Assembly: GCA_951406725.2 (NCBI GenBank)
Contig: OX597833.1
Location: forward strand, 60,822,001-60,886,000
Reading direction: 5' to 3'
DNA length: 64,000 bases
From: Octopus vulgaris
Lineage: Eukaryota
Below, piece after piece: positions 26,541-45,000 of this stretch. The first letter of the stretch is position 1. Each line of letters begins with the position of its first letter. A program made the translations under genes and the position numbers. The notes beneath the pieces were generated by a model. That model was not told where the DNA came from, did no database searches, and saw only the letters and a list, made by a program, of their open reading frames with translations.

Positions 26541-27699
26541 AGTTAGTTGATATGGAAGGGAACGTGGCGACTGCTCTCTATTGTCGGAGGTGGATTAGCA
26601 CAACCGGTCAACGGTTGCTGTGAAAAAGTGTGTGTGTGTGTGTGTGTGTGTGTGTTGTATCTTGGGAGAGTCATTCTGTTTTAATGCCTTATTAATAAAC
26701 ACACTCACTGGTTCAATTTCCTCTCATTTACTCTCTCTTTTACTCTTTTACTTGTTTCAGTCATTTGACTGCAGCCATGCTGGAGCACTGCCTTTAATCG
26801 AGCAACTCGACCCCGGGACTTATTCTTTTGTAAGCCCAGTACTTATTCTATCGGTCTGTTTTGCCGAACCGCTAAGTGACGGGGACATAAACACACCAGC
26901 ATCGGTTGTCAAGCAATGCTAGGGGGACAGACGCACAAACACACACACATACATACATATATACGACGGACTTCTTTCAGTTTCCGTCTACCAAATCCAC
27001 TCACAAGGCTTTGGTCGGCCCGAGGCTATAGTAGAAGACACTTGCCCAAGGTGCCACGCAGTGGGACTGAACCCGGAACCATGTGGCTGGTAAGCAAGCT
27101 ACTTACCACACAGCCACTCTCTCTTATCTTTTTTCTTTTTCTTGAATTTTCGTTGCTTCTTGCAACCTCTTCAATAGTTGTTGGCTCATATATATATACA
27201 CATACACCCATCTATGAACACATACACTCATACAGACACACATATGCTCATACATATATGCATACATGTGTGTGTGTGTGTGTATGTGCGTGCATGTACT
27301 TTTGCATATGCTATCCTGGTATCTAGTTCTCTGTTTTAAGTTAATCCGAGCGTTGATCTCCGTATGTACTCTCTCTCCACGCATGACCGAGATAAACCAA
27401 CAACCACCAAGCCTGTGTGTTGTATGTGGAGAGGCACTCAATGTACTAGAAATAGCAGTCAAATCTTGCTTAAAGTCACGTATTCCCGCCTTCGGTTCTG
27501 CTTTGACTCTATGCAGGGTGGAAAATGACAACGGGATGGTACGGATGGAGTATATATATATATATTTTTTTTATTATAGATCTGGTTCGTCGGGGCTGAA
27601 ATGGGGGCTAAACTACAACAAACTGACTACGACAACTAGCCGTGTTATACTGTTTTAAACAATTCTGTTGGGTGTTGTCGATACGGCGTTCAACTACAG

Positions 27700-28827
27700 T
27701 AGTCACCACCGCCACCTCCTCCACCATCAACACCACCACCACCACCACGAAAGCCATCGCCACCACCACCACCACCACGAAAGCCATCGCCACCACCACC
27801 ACCACCACGATTCCATCGCCACCACCACCACCACGAAAGCCATCGCCACCACCACCACCACCACGAAAGCCATCGCCACCGCCATCACGAAAACGACGCC
27901 ACCACGACGTACACTACAACCAAACCACCACCTTAGCGATCACTGCCTCCACTGCCTTCGTCAAAGTTACCACCGCCGTCGTCGTAGCTGGCTGTGACGC
28001 CACCACCACCGCTAGGAAAGCCATGCCACCGCCTAAGCCACCACTTTCGTCACTGCCCTTCGTCACCGTCAACACGAGCATAGCCGCCGCCCTCACCACC
28101 GCCACAACCGTCCTCACCGCCACCACCATCGCAGCGACCTCCACAACCGACGCCGCCACCCTATTCGCTATTGTACACAAACAAATGTATTGATGTGACG
28201 TTGTCTATAGTCATCGCTGCATGACAAGAGATTGTGACATTAATTCACACACACACGCACACACATATACACACACACACTCATACACACACATATACAC
28301 TCACACACATATATATGTACACTCACATATATATATACAAACACACACACGTATATATGTTCACTCACACACATACAATCATATACATATATACACTCAC
28401 ACACACACACACATATATATATACACTCACACACACATATATACACTCAAACACACACATATATATGTACACTCACACACATACAATCATATACATATAT
28501 ACACTCACACACACACATATATATACACTCACACACACACACACACATATATATACAAACACACGCACATATATATGTACACTCATACACATACAATCAT
28601 ATACATATATACACTCACACACTCACACATATATATATACACTCACACACACACATATATATACAAACACACACACACATATATATGTACACTCACACAC
28701 ATACAATCATACACATATATACACTCATACACACATATATATATATATATACACTCACACACATATACACTCAAACACACATATATACGTACACTCACAC
28801 ACATACAATCGTACACATATATACACT

Positions 28828-28869
<42 letters not shown>

Positions 28870-28873
28870 CACT

Positions 28874-28907
<34 letters not shown>

Positions 28908-29125
28908 CAATCACACACACGCACATATATACATATATACACTCATACACACAGGTACTCACACACACTCACACGCACACACATGTATATGTAAGCACCC
29001 ATATATACATAAAAACATAAATATGCCTGTCGAAGACTTGTTTTTATCTTTTTTTTTTTTTATATATTTCATTACAAAGATAACGTAGATACAAACATGT
29101 ATGTGAGTATGATATACACCCATTA

Positions 29126-29168
<43 letters not shown>

Positions 29169-29796
29169 ATTGAATGTATATGATGTCATGCACACTACTG
29201 CAGACACAAACACACACACACATAACACGCACATATACACGCATCCACACACATAGACACAACACACATACACAAACAAGACACACAACACACACATATA
29301 CAACACTTACAGCACACATATACACATACAACACACACATGCATAAACACACAACACACACACACGAACACTCACATACACGCATAATACACACACACAC
29401 AGACACATACACACACAGAGACACATACACACAAACAACACACAGACACAACACATACACACATAATACGCACACACATACACTACACACACACAAACAA
29501 CACACATAGACTCAATACACACATACACGCATAATACACACACACACATACACATACAACACACACACATATACAATCAACCCACACACATACACACTCT
29601 TGCTTGACAGGTACTTGGAGACGACACTGTAAATCGTTGAGTCACTCCTTCAGTAAAAATAAAATGTTTGCGTGTACACACACACACACATGTATACACA
29701 AAGGCAGATACATATATAAACATATATACACTAACATTTATATTCATACACACATACATTACATACAAATACATATATACATACATAAATAAATAA

Positions 29797-29827
<31 letters not shown>

Positions 29828-30049
29828 CATACATACATACATACATACATACATACATACATACATAAATACATTCATACATACATAAATACATACATAC
29901 ATAAATACATACAATAATGCACACACATAAGTATATAAGTTTGTGTATAATTGTTTACAAAGCTTGAGATGTTTACAAGAAACAGGATGTTGTCTTTTTT
30001 GTAGGCAACAACAACGACAATAATAATAATAATAATAATGATGATAATG

Positions 30050-30080
<31 letters not shown>

Positions 30081-30157
30081 AAAAAATAATGATAATAATA
30101 ATAATGATAATGATAATAATGATAATAATAATAATAATGATAATGATAATAATAATG

Positions 30158-30189
<32 letters not shown>

Positions 30190-30300
30190 AATAATAATAA
30201 TGATAATAATCTCACTCAATAATAATAATAATAATAATAAATAATAATAATAATGATAATAATAATGATAATAATGATAATGATAATAATAATAATGATA

Positions 30301-30331
<31 letters not shown>

Positions 30332-30336
30332 TGATA

Positions 30337-30367
<31 letters not shown>

Positions 30368-30734
30368 TGATGATGATAATAATAATAATAATAATAATAA
30401 TAATCATGATAATGATAATAATAACAATGATAATGATAATAATAACAATGATAATGATAATAATAATAATGATAATGAAAAAAAAATAATGATAATAATA
30501 ACAATGATAATAATAATAATTAGTAGTAGTAGTTGCAGTGGTGGTGGTGGTGGTAAAAGTGGTGTGGGGGTTTGAGGTGGCAATAGTAGTAGTAGCAGCA
30601 GCAGCAGCCGTTGTAGCAACAGTACTTGCGATAGTAGTAGTGGTGTAGTTGTGGTATTAGTAGTAGTAGTAGTAGCAGCAGCACTAATTGTTGTGGTAGT
30701 AGTAGTAGTAGCAGCAGCAGCACTAATTGTTGTG

Positions 30735-30782
<48 letters not shown>

Positions 30783-31174
30783 ATAATAATAATAATTGTG
30801 GTGGTACGAGCAATCAGCATCAGCATCACCATCACCATCATCATCACACCATCTCGCACCCCCACCCCATCACCGTCATCGTCATCATCATCATCATCAT
30901 CATCATCACCATTGTTGTTATCTTTATAATCGTTATCGTGCATCGCTCCCATATAAATCTTGAGACCTTGAACCTAGTCATCATCATCATCATCATCGTC
31001 GTCATCATCATCATTATCATAATCATCGTTACCGCTACCGTCACCGTCGTCGTCGTCGTCGTCATCATCGTCACGTTGTCGTTATCACCACTGTCATCAC
31101 TATATCGTCATCCTCATTTACTAATTATTAATTACATTACATCATACATACATACATATATATATAAATACATA

Positions 31175-31206
<32 letters not shown>

Positions 31207-31228
31207 CATATATATATGTATATATATG

Positions 31229-31301
<73 letters not shown>

Positions 31302-31640
31302 ATATATATATACATATGTATATATATATATACATATATATATATGTATATATATGTATATATATATATATACATATATATATGTATATATATGTATGTA
31401 TATATATATATACACTCATATTATATATATAACACATACATACACACATCCCAACACAAAACAGATATTAATTTCTCTCTCATATACAAATATATATACA
31501 TATATACATAATCATCTATGTGTGTTTGTATATATATATAGGCATATATACACACATACACACATATATATATACATATACACACACAAAAAAATCTATA
31601 TATATGCACACATATACACACACACATATATATATATATG

Positions 31641-31688
<48 letters not shown>

Positions 31689-31740
31689 CACACACAAATA
31701 TATTTATGGAAATATATATAGAAATATCTATATATATCTA
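27700..31740. repeat. Compound microsatellite field: (ACC)n, (CA/TA)n higher-order units, (AAT/GAT)n, (TAG)n, (ATC)n, (TA)n
   Basis: Direct reading; short unique islands at ~29600-29670 and ~29940-30010. Confidence 0.95.
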
Positions 31741-32663
31741 TATATGCATATATGGATGAGGGGTTGGGCGTATCCCTCCCCTATATTATAAAGTATTATT
31801 GTTTTTGATGTAGTTGTTGTTTTATAGCCTCATATCAACTCATATTGATCAAACCTCTGATCAAAAGACATTCCAATTGGGACCATCCTGTCTTTCTTTC
31901 TATGTCTACCTAGGACTTCATAATCCAAAGTGTTCTCACCTCCTCTTCGCAGACGGTAGAAAGTGATTCGATTCAGACTTTGGCTTCTATCTCTAGCAAA
32001 TCGAATTACCGCATAAAGGCTTTCTCATTGGCAATTGTTGTTGTTGTTGTTGTTGTTGTCATCTTCATTGTCCTGCAGCCCAGTGACAAATCTGCCCCCG
32101 CATTTCTATCGCAAGTAGGTAGGCCCAACACAGATCTATCTTTACTGCTAAGCCATGCCTCTGCCAAGCAATGGGCTATAATGCAACAATTCACAAAGCT
32201 GTGTTGCTACCCACTTGTTGATACCGGACACCAGTGTCCCTTAAGGCACGGGCACACTGGGCAATTGCCCGGGGGACCTCAAGGTTCAAGGGACCTAATT
32301 CTGATCCAATTGTACTGTAGCTTACTGCCAATAGATAAATACTACAGGACTTGGTGCAATTATTTACCCAGGGGTCTCACGAATCCAGGGGCCCAGTTCT
32401 GATTTAAGAGTGCTGTGATTTGCTGTCAACATAGGGTCCAGTGTATTGATATTGCGCTGGGGACTAAAATGCTGTAAGGACATACTTTCTACATGGTCCC
32501 AAATGCAATATGAGATGCAGTGTGACACTCTAGACGGGTTACCTCTTTCCACTGTCCCACCCATGTCTGTCCACTTTGTGGTATCTATAGTGGAAATTTG
32601 CTGTCCCTCTGGACATTTTTATTGTTTGGTCTACAGGAAAATGCTGTGCCATTAACCTTCCCA

Positions 32664-32949
32664 CCGTGGCGGACTGGCCAGGTTGCTAGCTTGCCTGATG
32701 GCAAGTGGGCCCCTGTGCTATTAGAATCCATATATGGGGGCCTATGTTAGTATCTAAGGGGTCCATCCCCTTAACTTTAAGAATTTTTTTATTCACTCCT
32801 GTTTGTAGACTCCTGGCTGTGTTTGTAGACAGTTGAAAAGAATACTTTTAACCCCCCAAAAAAACAGAAGATTAAATGATAGCATTGTAGTTGCAAGTGG
32901 GCCCCTTAGTCCCCTGGCAACCAATAGTTTTAGACCTAGTCTGCCACTA
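32664..32949. mobile_element. hAT-type MITE
   Basis: TIR c(c/a)gtggcggact / agtctgccacta; 8-bp TSD ccttc(c/a)ca; subterminal gcaagtgggcccc repeats. Confidence 0.75.
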
Positions 32950-33225
32950 CCTTCACATTACCTTTGATACCAGTTATGCCCTTTTTACAATAGGCACATG
33001 GCCTGAATTTTTTTAGGAGAGTGGGGGGGTCTAGTTGATTATATTCCCTTCTCCAACACTCAACGGTCAACTGGTATTTATTTCATCGACCCCGAAAGAA
33101 TGAAGGGCAAAGTTGGCCTTAGCAAAATTTGAATTCAGAATGTCGAGACAGAAGACATGTCGCTGGGCATTTTGTCCGGCGTGCAAAAATACTTCAGCCT
33201 GCTCATCAACTTAGTCAATGCCAAC

Positions 33226-33447
33226 TTGTTGCTGGTAATAGAAATGGGGTTAATGTCCCCCCACCAAGAGCAGTTGATGGCTTGCTGGAGAAACAGGCAA
33301 ACAGGGGCGGAATTCTTGCAGGGCCGATGTTCTGGTTTGTTGCTGGTAATAGAAATGGGGTTAATGTCCCCCCACCAAGAGCAGTTGATGGCTTGTTGGA
33401 GAGACATGCAAACAGGGGCGGAATTCTTGCGGGGCCGATGTTCTGGT
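33226..33447. repeat. Direct tandem duplication, 2 x 111 bp
   Basis: Units 33226-33336 and 33337-33447 differ at only a few positions. Confidence 0.9.
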
Positions 33448-34313
33448 GTGGAAGGTTTGGCTGAGGTGTTTAATGCAGGCCGTGAGGTGGAGTGGGTGTT
33501 GGACTCAACATAAGTGATGAGAGGGGGGGGGGAGAAAGAGGGGGAGCAGGATCAAGAGTAGAAGGAGATACATATTGGTTGGGAGTATGAACTGAGTGAA
33601 GATGGCATGAGACCAACCAGTTTTGACGAGCATAGGCCACTGTAGCAGTGGTAGAAAAGGCGGAGCTAGGATACAGAATGTCTGTGGGCAGGAGCAGGAA
33701 ATGTGTTGAATGAGTAACCTTGTGCTAATCAGTAAATGGCATTCCTCTATATGTGGTCGAGGTTGTGTGGCAGTGGAGGTGGGCCCATCGGGAATGGTTA
33801 CCTTGGTTTTAAAATTCTTAGGGGCACAAAATTTCAAAGGGAAAATAAAATAGTCATTCGTAACTACCTCAGCAAGTTGGCATAGCACTCTCACTCGGTG
33901 TGGTCCTTTTGAAGACAGTCAAAAAGCAGAATGCCTTTTGCATCCCATAAAACATCACCTTCTCTGCAGATGAAACGACCATGGCCTTCTTTGAAGCAGG
34001 TGAGGTAGGGTGTTGCCACTGAATTGACTGTCTCTTTATCTCTGGCTCAAAGTGATGAAGCGAACACTCATCCTGAGATAGGAAATCATCATTATCGTTT
34101 AAACGTCCGTTTTCCGCGCTAGCATGGGTTGGACGGTTCGACCGGGGTCTGGGAAGCCAGGGGTTGCACCAGGCTCCAGTCTGATCGGGCAGAGTTTCTA
34201 CAGCTGGATGCCCTTCCTAACGCCAACCACTCCGCGAGTGTAGTAATGTTAAAGGAAATCAGTTGGATCTACTCCAAACAGTGTCAGATTTTGTTGTAAC
34301 ATGATCAGCCTGG

Positions 34314-34526
34314 GTGGAGGCGTGTGGCTTAGTGGTTAGGGTGTTAAACTCATGATTGTAAGGTTGTGGTTTCGATTCCTGGACCAGGCAATGCGATGTG
34401 TTCTTGAGCAAAAACACTTCATTTTCACATTGCTTCAGTCCACTCAGCTGGCAAAAATGTGTAATCCTGCGACGGACCAGCGTCCCGTCCAGGTGGGGAA
34501 TTTCTACGCCACTGAAACCAGGTAAT
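34314..34526 (+). mobile_element. tRNA-derived SINE with a V-domain-like segment
   Basis: A/B boxes; cctgcgacggaccagcgtcccgtccagg; 13-bp TSD atgatcagcctgg; related copy at ~10577-10790. Confidence 0.8.
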
Positions 34527-34988
34527 ATGATCAGCCTGGTGCACCTTTGATCAGGTGTCAGAAGACGTGGCTACCACCGAGCAGAAAAATAGGGATCACC
34601 TGGGTTAATTTCAGTTCTGTGTGGAGTTGGCATCACTAACAAAGAGCCTTTTAGCTGTCCCCAGGGACATCATCATCATCATCATCACTTAATGCTCATA
34701 TTTCCATGCTTGGATGGGTCATGTGGAATTTGTTGAGGCAGGTTTTCTACAGCTGGATGCCTTTCCTATCACCAACCCTTGCCTGTTTCCTAGCAAGAAA
34801 GCTACTTATAAACTTATATACTCATCATTATAACGGGCTTAAGTTAAATGAATTGATTGATTTGTCTGCAAAGAGCATTCTTCGTAGTTCAATGAAGAAA
34901 TTGCTGAGCATTTTTCTAATACATAGATATTTTATAGCAAGACAATGGGTTAACACCAGTCGGTTACATAGTGTTGGTCATCTAGCTA

Positions 34989-35060
<72 letters not shown>

Positions 35061-35087
35061 TCTAACTAACTATCTATCTATCATCAT

Positions 35088-35146
<59 letters not shown>

Positions 35147-35547
35147 GTCTATCTGTCTGTCTGTCTGTCTGACTGTTTGTCTGTCTGTCTGTCTGTCTAT
35201 CTATCTGTCTGTCCATGTATGTATGTATGTATGTATGTGGAATGTACATTTCGTAACACAATATATGGCATTGAAACAAGAAATTTGATTACTTCAACGA
35301 ACTGCCAAGAATGTGTTGTATATGCAAATCAGTCAATCCAATTAACTGAAGTCCTTCGTCATAACAGAATTTATAAGTAGTGTCTCTGACGACAGTTGCA
35401 GAGAATAGAATCGGTCGCTAATGGAAACCCAACAGAAAACAGAAAGTTTTCCTGTCCACAAAGATATTGTTTATAAAGACAACAGGTTAAGATCAGATTG
35501 AAGAGGAATGCTAGTCTTCATGATGGTGGTCAGTACCAGCTATTCAT

Positions 35548-35840
35548 GTTGAAGTTGTCGTATTTCGGTAATTTCAACCAATCAATGACGTTTATTCAGC
35601 TGAATAAAAATTACTGCCGTTGTTTGTCAACAACAACTATCGGCGGTGTATTTTTCGTGTATCACTGTTATTTATGACATTGTTTGTGCGTTTGTACTGG
35701 TTTTAGCTTTAAGGTTTTAGGGTTTGAGTTAAGGTGTTAGGGTTTTAGGGTTAGGGATTTAGGGTTTGGGTTTTAGGGTTAAGGTTTTAAGGTTAGGGTT
35801 AGGATTTTAGAGTTAAGGTTGTAATAAATAACAGTGACAA
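35548..35840. mobile_element. Internal fragment of a GGATC fold-back element with an expanded degenerate (TTAGGG)n tract
   Basis: Matches 22775-22990; telomere-like units at about 35700-35820. Confidence 0.75.
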
Positions 35841-35917
35841 AGAGAGGGGGTAGATAGGTGAAAGGGGAAAAGAGGGAGTGAAAAGAGGGAGCAGAGAGAG
35901 ACACAGACAAACAGAAG

Positions 35918-35972
<55 letters not shown>

Positions 35973-35974
35973 AG

Positions 35975-36005
<31 letters not shown>

Positions 36006-36725
36006 GAGTTTAAATGAAAAAGGGAAATGACAACAGGAAAAAGTGGGAGAATAAAATATTTCTCAAAAAATAGTTTGACTATGTATGTATGTATGTGTGA
36101 GTGTGTGTGTGTGTGTGTGAGTGTGTGTGTGTGTGAGTGTGTGTGTGTGTGTTTTGTGTGTGTTTGTGTGTGTGTGTATATATATAGGAACAGGAGTGGC
36201 TGTGCGGTAAGTAGCTTGCTTACCAGCCAAATGGTTCCGGGTTCGGAACTGACACCTTGGGGAAGTGTCTTCTGCTATAGCCTCGGGTCGACCAAAGCCT
36301 TGTGAGTGGATTTGGTAGACGGAAACTGAAAGAAGTCTGTCGTAAAAATACATGTGTGTGTGTGTTTATGTCTCTGCGTTTGTCCCCCCAACATCGCTTG
36401 ACAACCGTTTACGTCCACGTAATCAAGCAGTTCGGCGGCAAAAGGCAGCACCGATAGAATAAGTACTGGGCTTACAAAGAATAAGCCCAGGGGTCGATTT
36501 GTTCGACTAAAGGTGGTGCTCCAGCATGGCCGCAGTCAAATGACCGAAACAAATAGAAAAATTAAAGAACAAGAGCACCTCCGCCAAGGCAACACCAACG
36601 TCCTCTCAACGATTGACCGGAGATGATCTTTAAAATGAGAATATCTGAAATAAAATCAACTGCTCTCACAAACGAGAATACTCAAAATGAACCAGATCAC
36701 TCTCAAACAGAAAAATTATCCAAAC

Positions 36726-36898
<173 letters not shown>

Positions 36899-37360
36899 AG
36901 AAAGGGGTACGTTACGCCGCAATAATATATGTATAAAACTTATATATAAAATGTAAAAAAGGGGACAAGAACGCAAACTACACAAAGAGACGACACAAAA
37001 AAACAGGCAGGTCATTCGAAGCCTCTAATCTTCAGTCAGGAACCGGATCATCTTAGCAATTTCGGCTGATTAATCCTGATATCATATATATATATATATA
37101 TATGACTGAAACACCAAAAGTTTCCTGCATTGCTCTTATCAAACTGATAAGTACGAATGCAGGAAAATTGCCCTTGTATTCCTTATCAATCAATCTACCC
37201 GTCTGATTGTATGATTGTCTGTATGTATATGTGTGTAAGCGAAGGTGCGTATGTATATATACACGTTTATATATAACTATACATCTTATACATACATACA
37301 TACATACATACATACATACACATATATATACATATTTATGTATTTATATATATATATATG

Positions 37361-37422
<62 letters not shown>

Positions 37423-37427
<5 letters not shown>

Positions 37428-37646
37428 TTAAAGCAGCAGAAAATTCAACAAAATCTCTTACTCTGAGTTTCTCGTTGCCGTTCATCAGACATTCTAACAA
37501 AAACTGTCTGATGAAAGGCAACGAGAAACTCAGAGTAACAGATTTTGTTGAATTTTCTGATGCTTTAAATAAAGCATATTACTCTACCACTGGTATTTGA
37601 GTACTCTTTTTTCCACCTTGTTTCACATTTATGTGTTTACTCCGGT
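37423..37646. mobile_element. Penelope-like terminal remnant in (TA)n, with an inverted duplication carrying two minimal hammerheads
   Basis: Arms 37423-37491 and 37505-37573. Plus copy ctgt-CTGATGA-aaggcaacga-GAAA-ctcagag-TA-acag (37504-37541); minus copy 37455-37492. Confidence 0.75.
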
Positions 37647-37758
37647 ATATATATATATATATATATAATTTTAATCCAAACGGGAAACAAAAAAACAACA
37701 ACAATGGAACAATTACAGTATTATTATTAATAGGCGCTCAGGAAATGGAAGCAGGGAG

Positions 37759-37790
37759 GTATGACGTTTCGAGCGGAGCTCTTCGTCGGA

Positions 37791-37793
<3 letters not shown>
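37759..37793 (-). ncRNA. Minimal Penelope-type hammerhead variant
   Basis: Minus strand gttt-CCGACGA-A-GAGC-tcc-GCTC-GAAA-CG-TC-atac: U4C core variant, palindromic ACGT stem III. Confidence 0.6.
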
Positions 37794-37831
<38 letters not shown>

Positions 37832-38199
37832 TTTTTACTTATTCTTTTACATATTCTTTTACTTGTTTCAGTCATCTGACTGCGGCCATGCTGGAGCACC
37901 ACATGTAGTCGAGCAAATCAACCTCACGACTTATTCTTCGTAAGCCTAGTACTTATACTATCGGCCCCTTTTGCCGAACTGCTAAGTTACGGGGACGTAA
38001 ACAAACCAGCATCGGTTGTCAAGCGATGTTCGGTAGGTGGGGGGGGGTGAACAAATACAGATACACACACATACATGGGCTTCTTTCATTTTCTCTCTAC
38101 CAAATCCACTCACAAGCCTTTGGTAGACGGAACCATGTGGTTGGTAAGGAAGCTACTTATCACACAGCCACTCCTGCGCCCATATATATATATATATAT

Positions 38200-38520
38200 A
38201 TATTCTGTTACATTTTTTTCTTGCTCATTTTACCCCTCTACGAGGTTATTTTATTTTAATTCTCTCGTAGGAAGGCCTAGCATTACAGACGTGTCCTGTC
38301 TTGCCTTCGAAACACGCTATGTCTGCTAGCGACAGCTGATGAAGGGGATTTTTCCTTGTGCAGCATGTCCTGTACTTCGTTTTTCTGCTGTACATAATTG
38401 TTTTTCCCGTTTTCGTTTTCGTCTTGTTCCACGTCTCTGTCCTTCTGTTGTAACAAAATGGCTTTTCCGTTTTCGTTTCTGTTGATTTTTACGTCTTCTT
38501 GTGGTGTCCTGTACGTATAT
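38200..38520 (+). mobile_element. Probable Penelope-like 3' remnant in (TA)n; relative at 52835-53200
   Basis: Shared gtgtc.tgtc.t..ccttc...ctga.gaag.gga...ttccttgtg...atgtc block and T-rich tail; family assignment inferred. Confidence 0.5.
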
Positions 38521-38972
38521 ATATTTATATATGCATGTATATATACATGTATATGTCGGTACGTACATATATGTTTGTATGTATGCACATATTTTATTTA
38601 TTACACTATATATATATATATATATATATATGAATATATATATGAATATATATATGAATATATATATATGTATATGATATATATTTGTGTGTATGCTTTC
38701 TTTATCGTTTATTATTTATTTATATATTCAACCTTCAAATGTGTGCATGTATATTGTAATTCATATGCGTATATACATATTGTGTATACACAATAGCACA
38801 CACATACACACAGGTATATTTGTACGTTTTTGTTGATAGTTGAGTGCTTCGATTAATAGATAGATTACTGGTTAGTTGTGTATAGGTTATAATTATCAGG
38901 TTTGTGAACGTTTGTGTTTGTTTATGCATGAGGTGTTCTGTATTTGTATATGGTGGATGGATTTATGAGCAT

Positions 38973-39011
<39 letters not shown>

Positions 39012-39656
39012 TACATGTGTCTGTGTATAGTTGTAGGCGTGTGTATATCAGTATGTATGAGTATGGGTTTTTCCGTATACGTATATGTAGTTATGTGTGT
39101 AGGCGTATACACAGGCGCATACACACATATATATATATGTGTGTGTGTATATGTATGTATGTATGTTTGCATGCATACATGTGTATGTACGTATGCATGC
39201 ATACATGTGTGTGTGTGTGTGAATGCGTGACTACGTGTGATTCCGTATATAGGTGGTTTTATGTCTTTTGTACTGGATGTGTATTTATATCTTTCAGATA
39301 GCCCTTAGCTGATTTATGGCCTGGCCTGACCTTCTACTATCAGTTTGGTCAATGTTCGTCTTCCCGTTTTACTTTCCTTCTTTTCATCTTCTATGATTTT
39401 ATACGTTTTCTTTTTCTCTCTCTCTCTCTCTCCCTTTCTGTCTTTTCTTCCTGCTTCATCCCTCACTCCTCTGGTCGCACATATCTGGTTCTGAGAAAGG
39501 CGCCGACGTTGTTCGAACTTCCTTGAAATGGTGCTTTATATATCTCTTGCTATTTTATGTGACATGCAAGGTTGTTGATTATTTGCATGACGGGCAGGGT
39601 GGGGTGGAAGGAATGTATGTATTTGGAGCTTTCACATCAGTTACTATATTTATTGC

Positions 39657-39749
39657 AGGACACTGAAGAGGTGCAGTGCATGATTGCATAATGTGTCTAT
39701 GGTCATTATGTAATTATTCCGGCATGTTAAGGAAACGCGTGTATGTCCT
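39657..39749 (+). ncRNA. Hammerhead-like motif with extended stem II, inside a Penelope-like 3' remnant (~39296-39810)
   Basis: AGGACA-CTGAAGA-(62 nt with 11-bp hairpin)-GAAA-CGCGTG-TA-TGTCCT; perfect 6-bp stem I; base of stem II mismatched. Confidence 0.6.
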
Positions 39750-39845
39750 ATAAATCTCTGAATACGACAACTGTTTTCTGTTTATTTCAAATTTTCACTC
39801 TCTTTATATATATAGATATATATACAAGAAACTAAATATCTACAC

Positions 39846-45000
<5,155 letters not shown>

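Noticed and set aside
27642-28193. Mucin- or extensin-like ORF
   Set aside because: (ACC)n-derived minisatellite, open in multiple frames, with no start or splice support.
35385-35440. Hammerhead motif (CTGACGA...GAAA)
   Set aside because: No stems I, II or III could be formed.
35700-35820. True telomere or chromosome fusion site
   Set aside because: A degenerate tract inside a repeat homologous to the fold-back element at 22691-23230.
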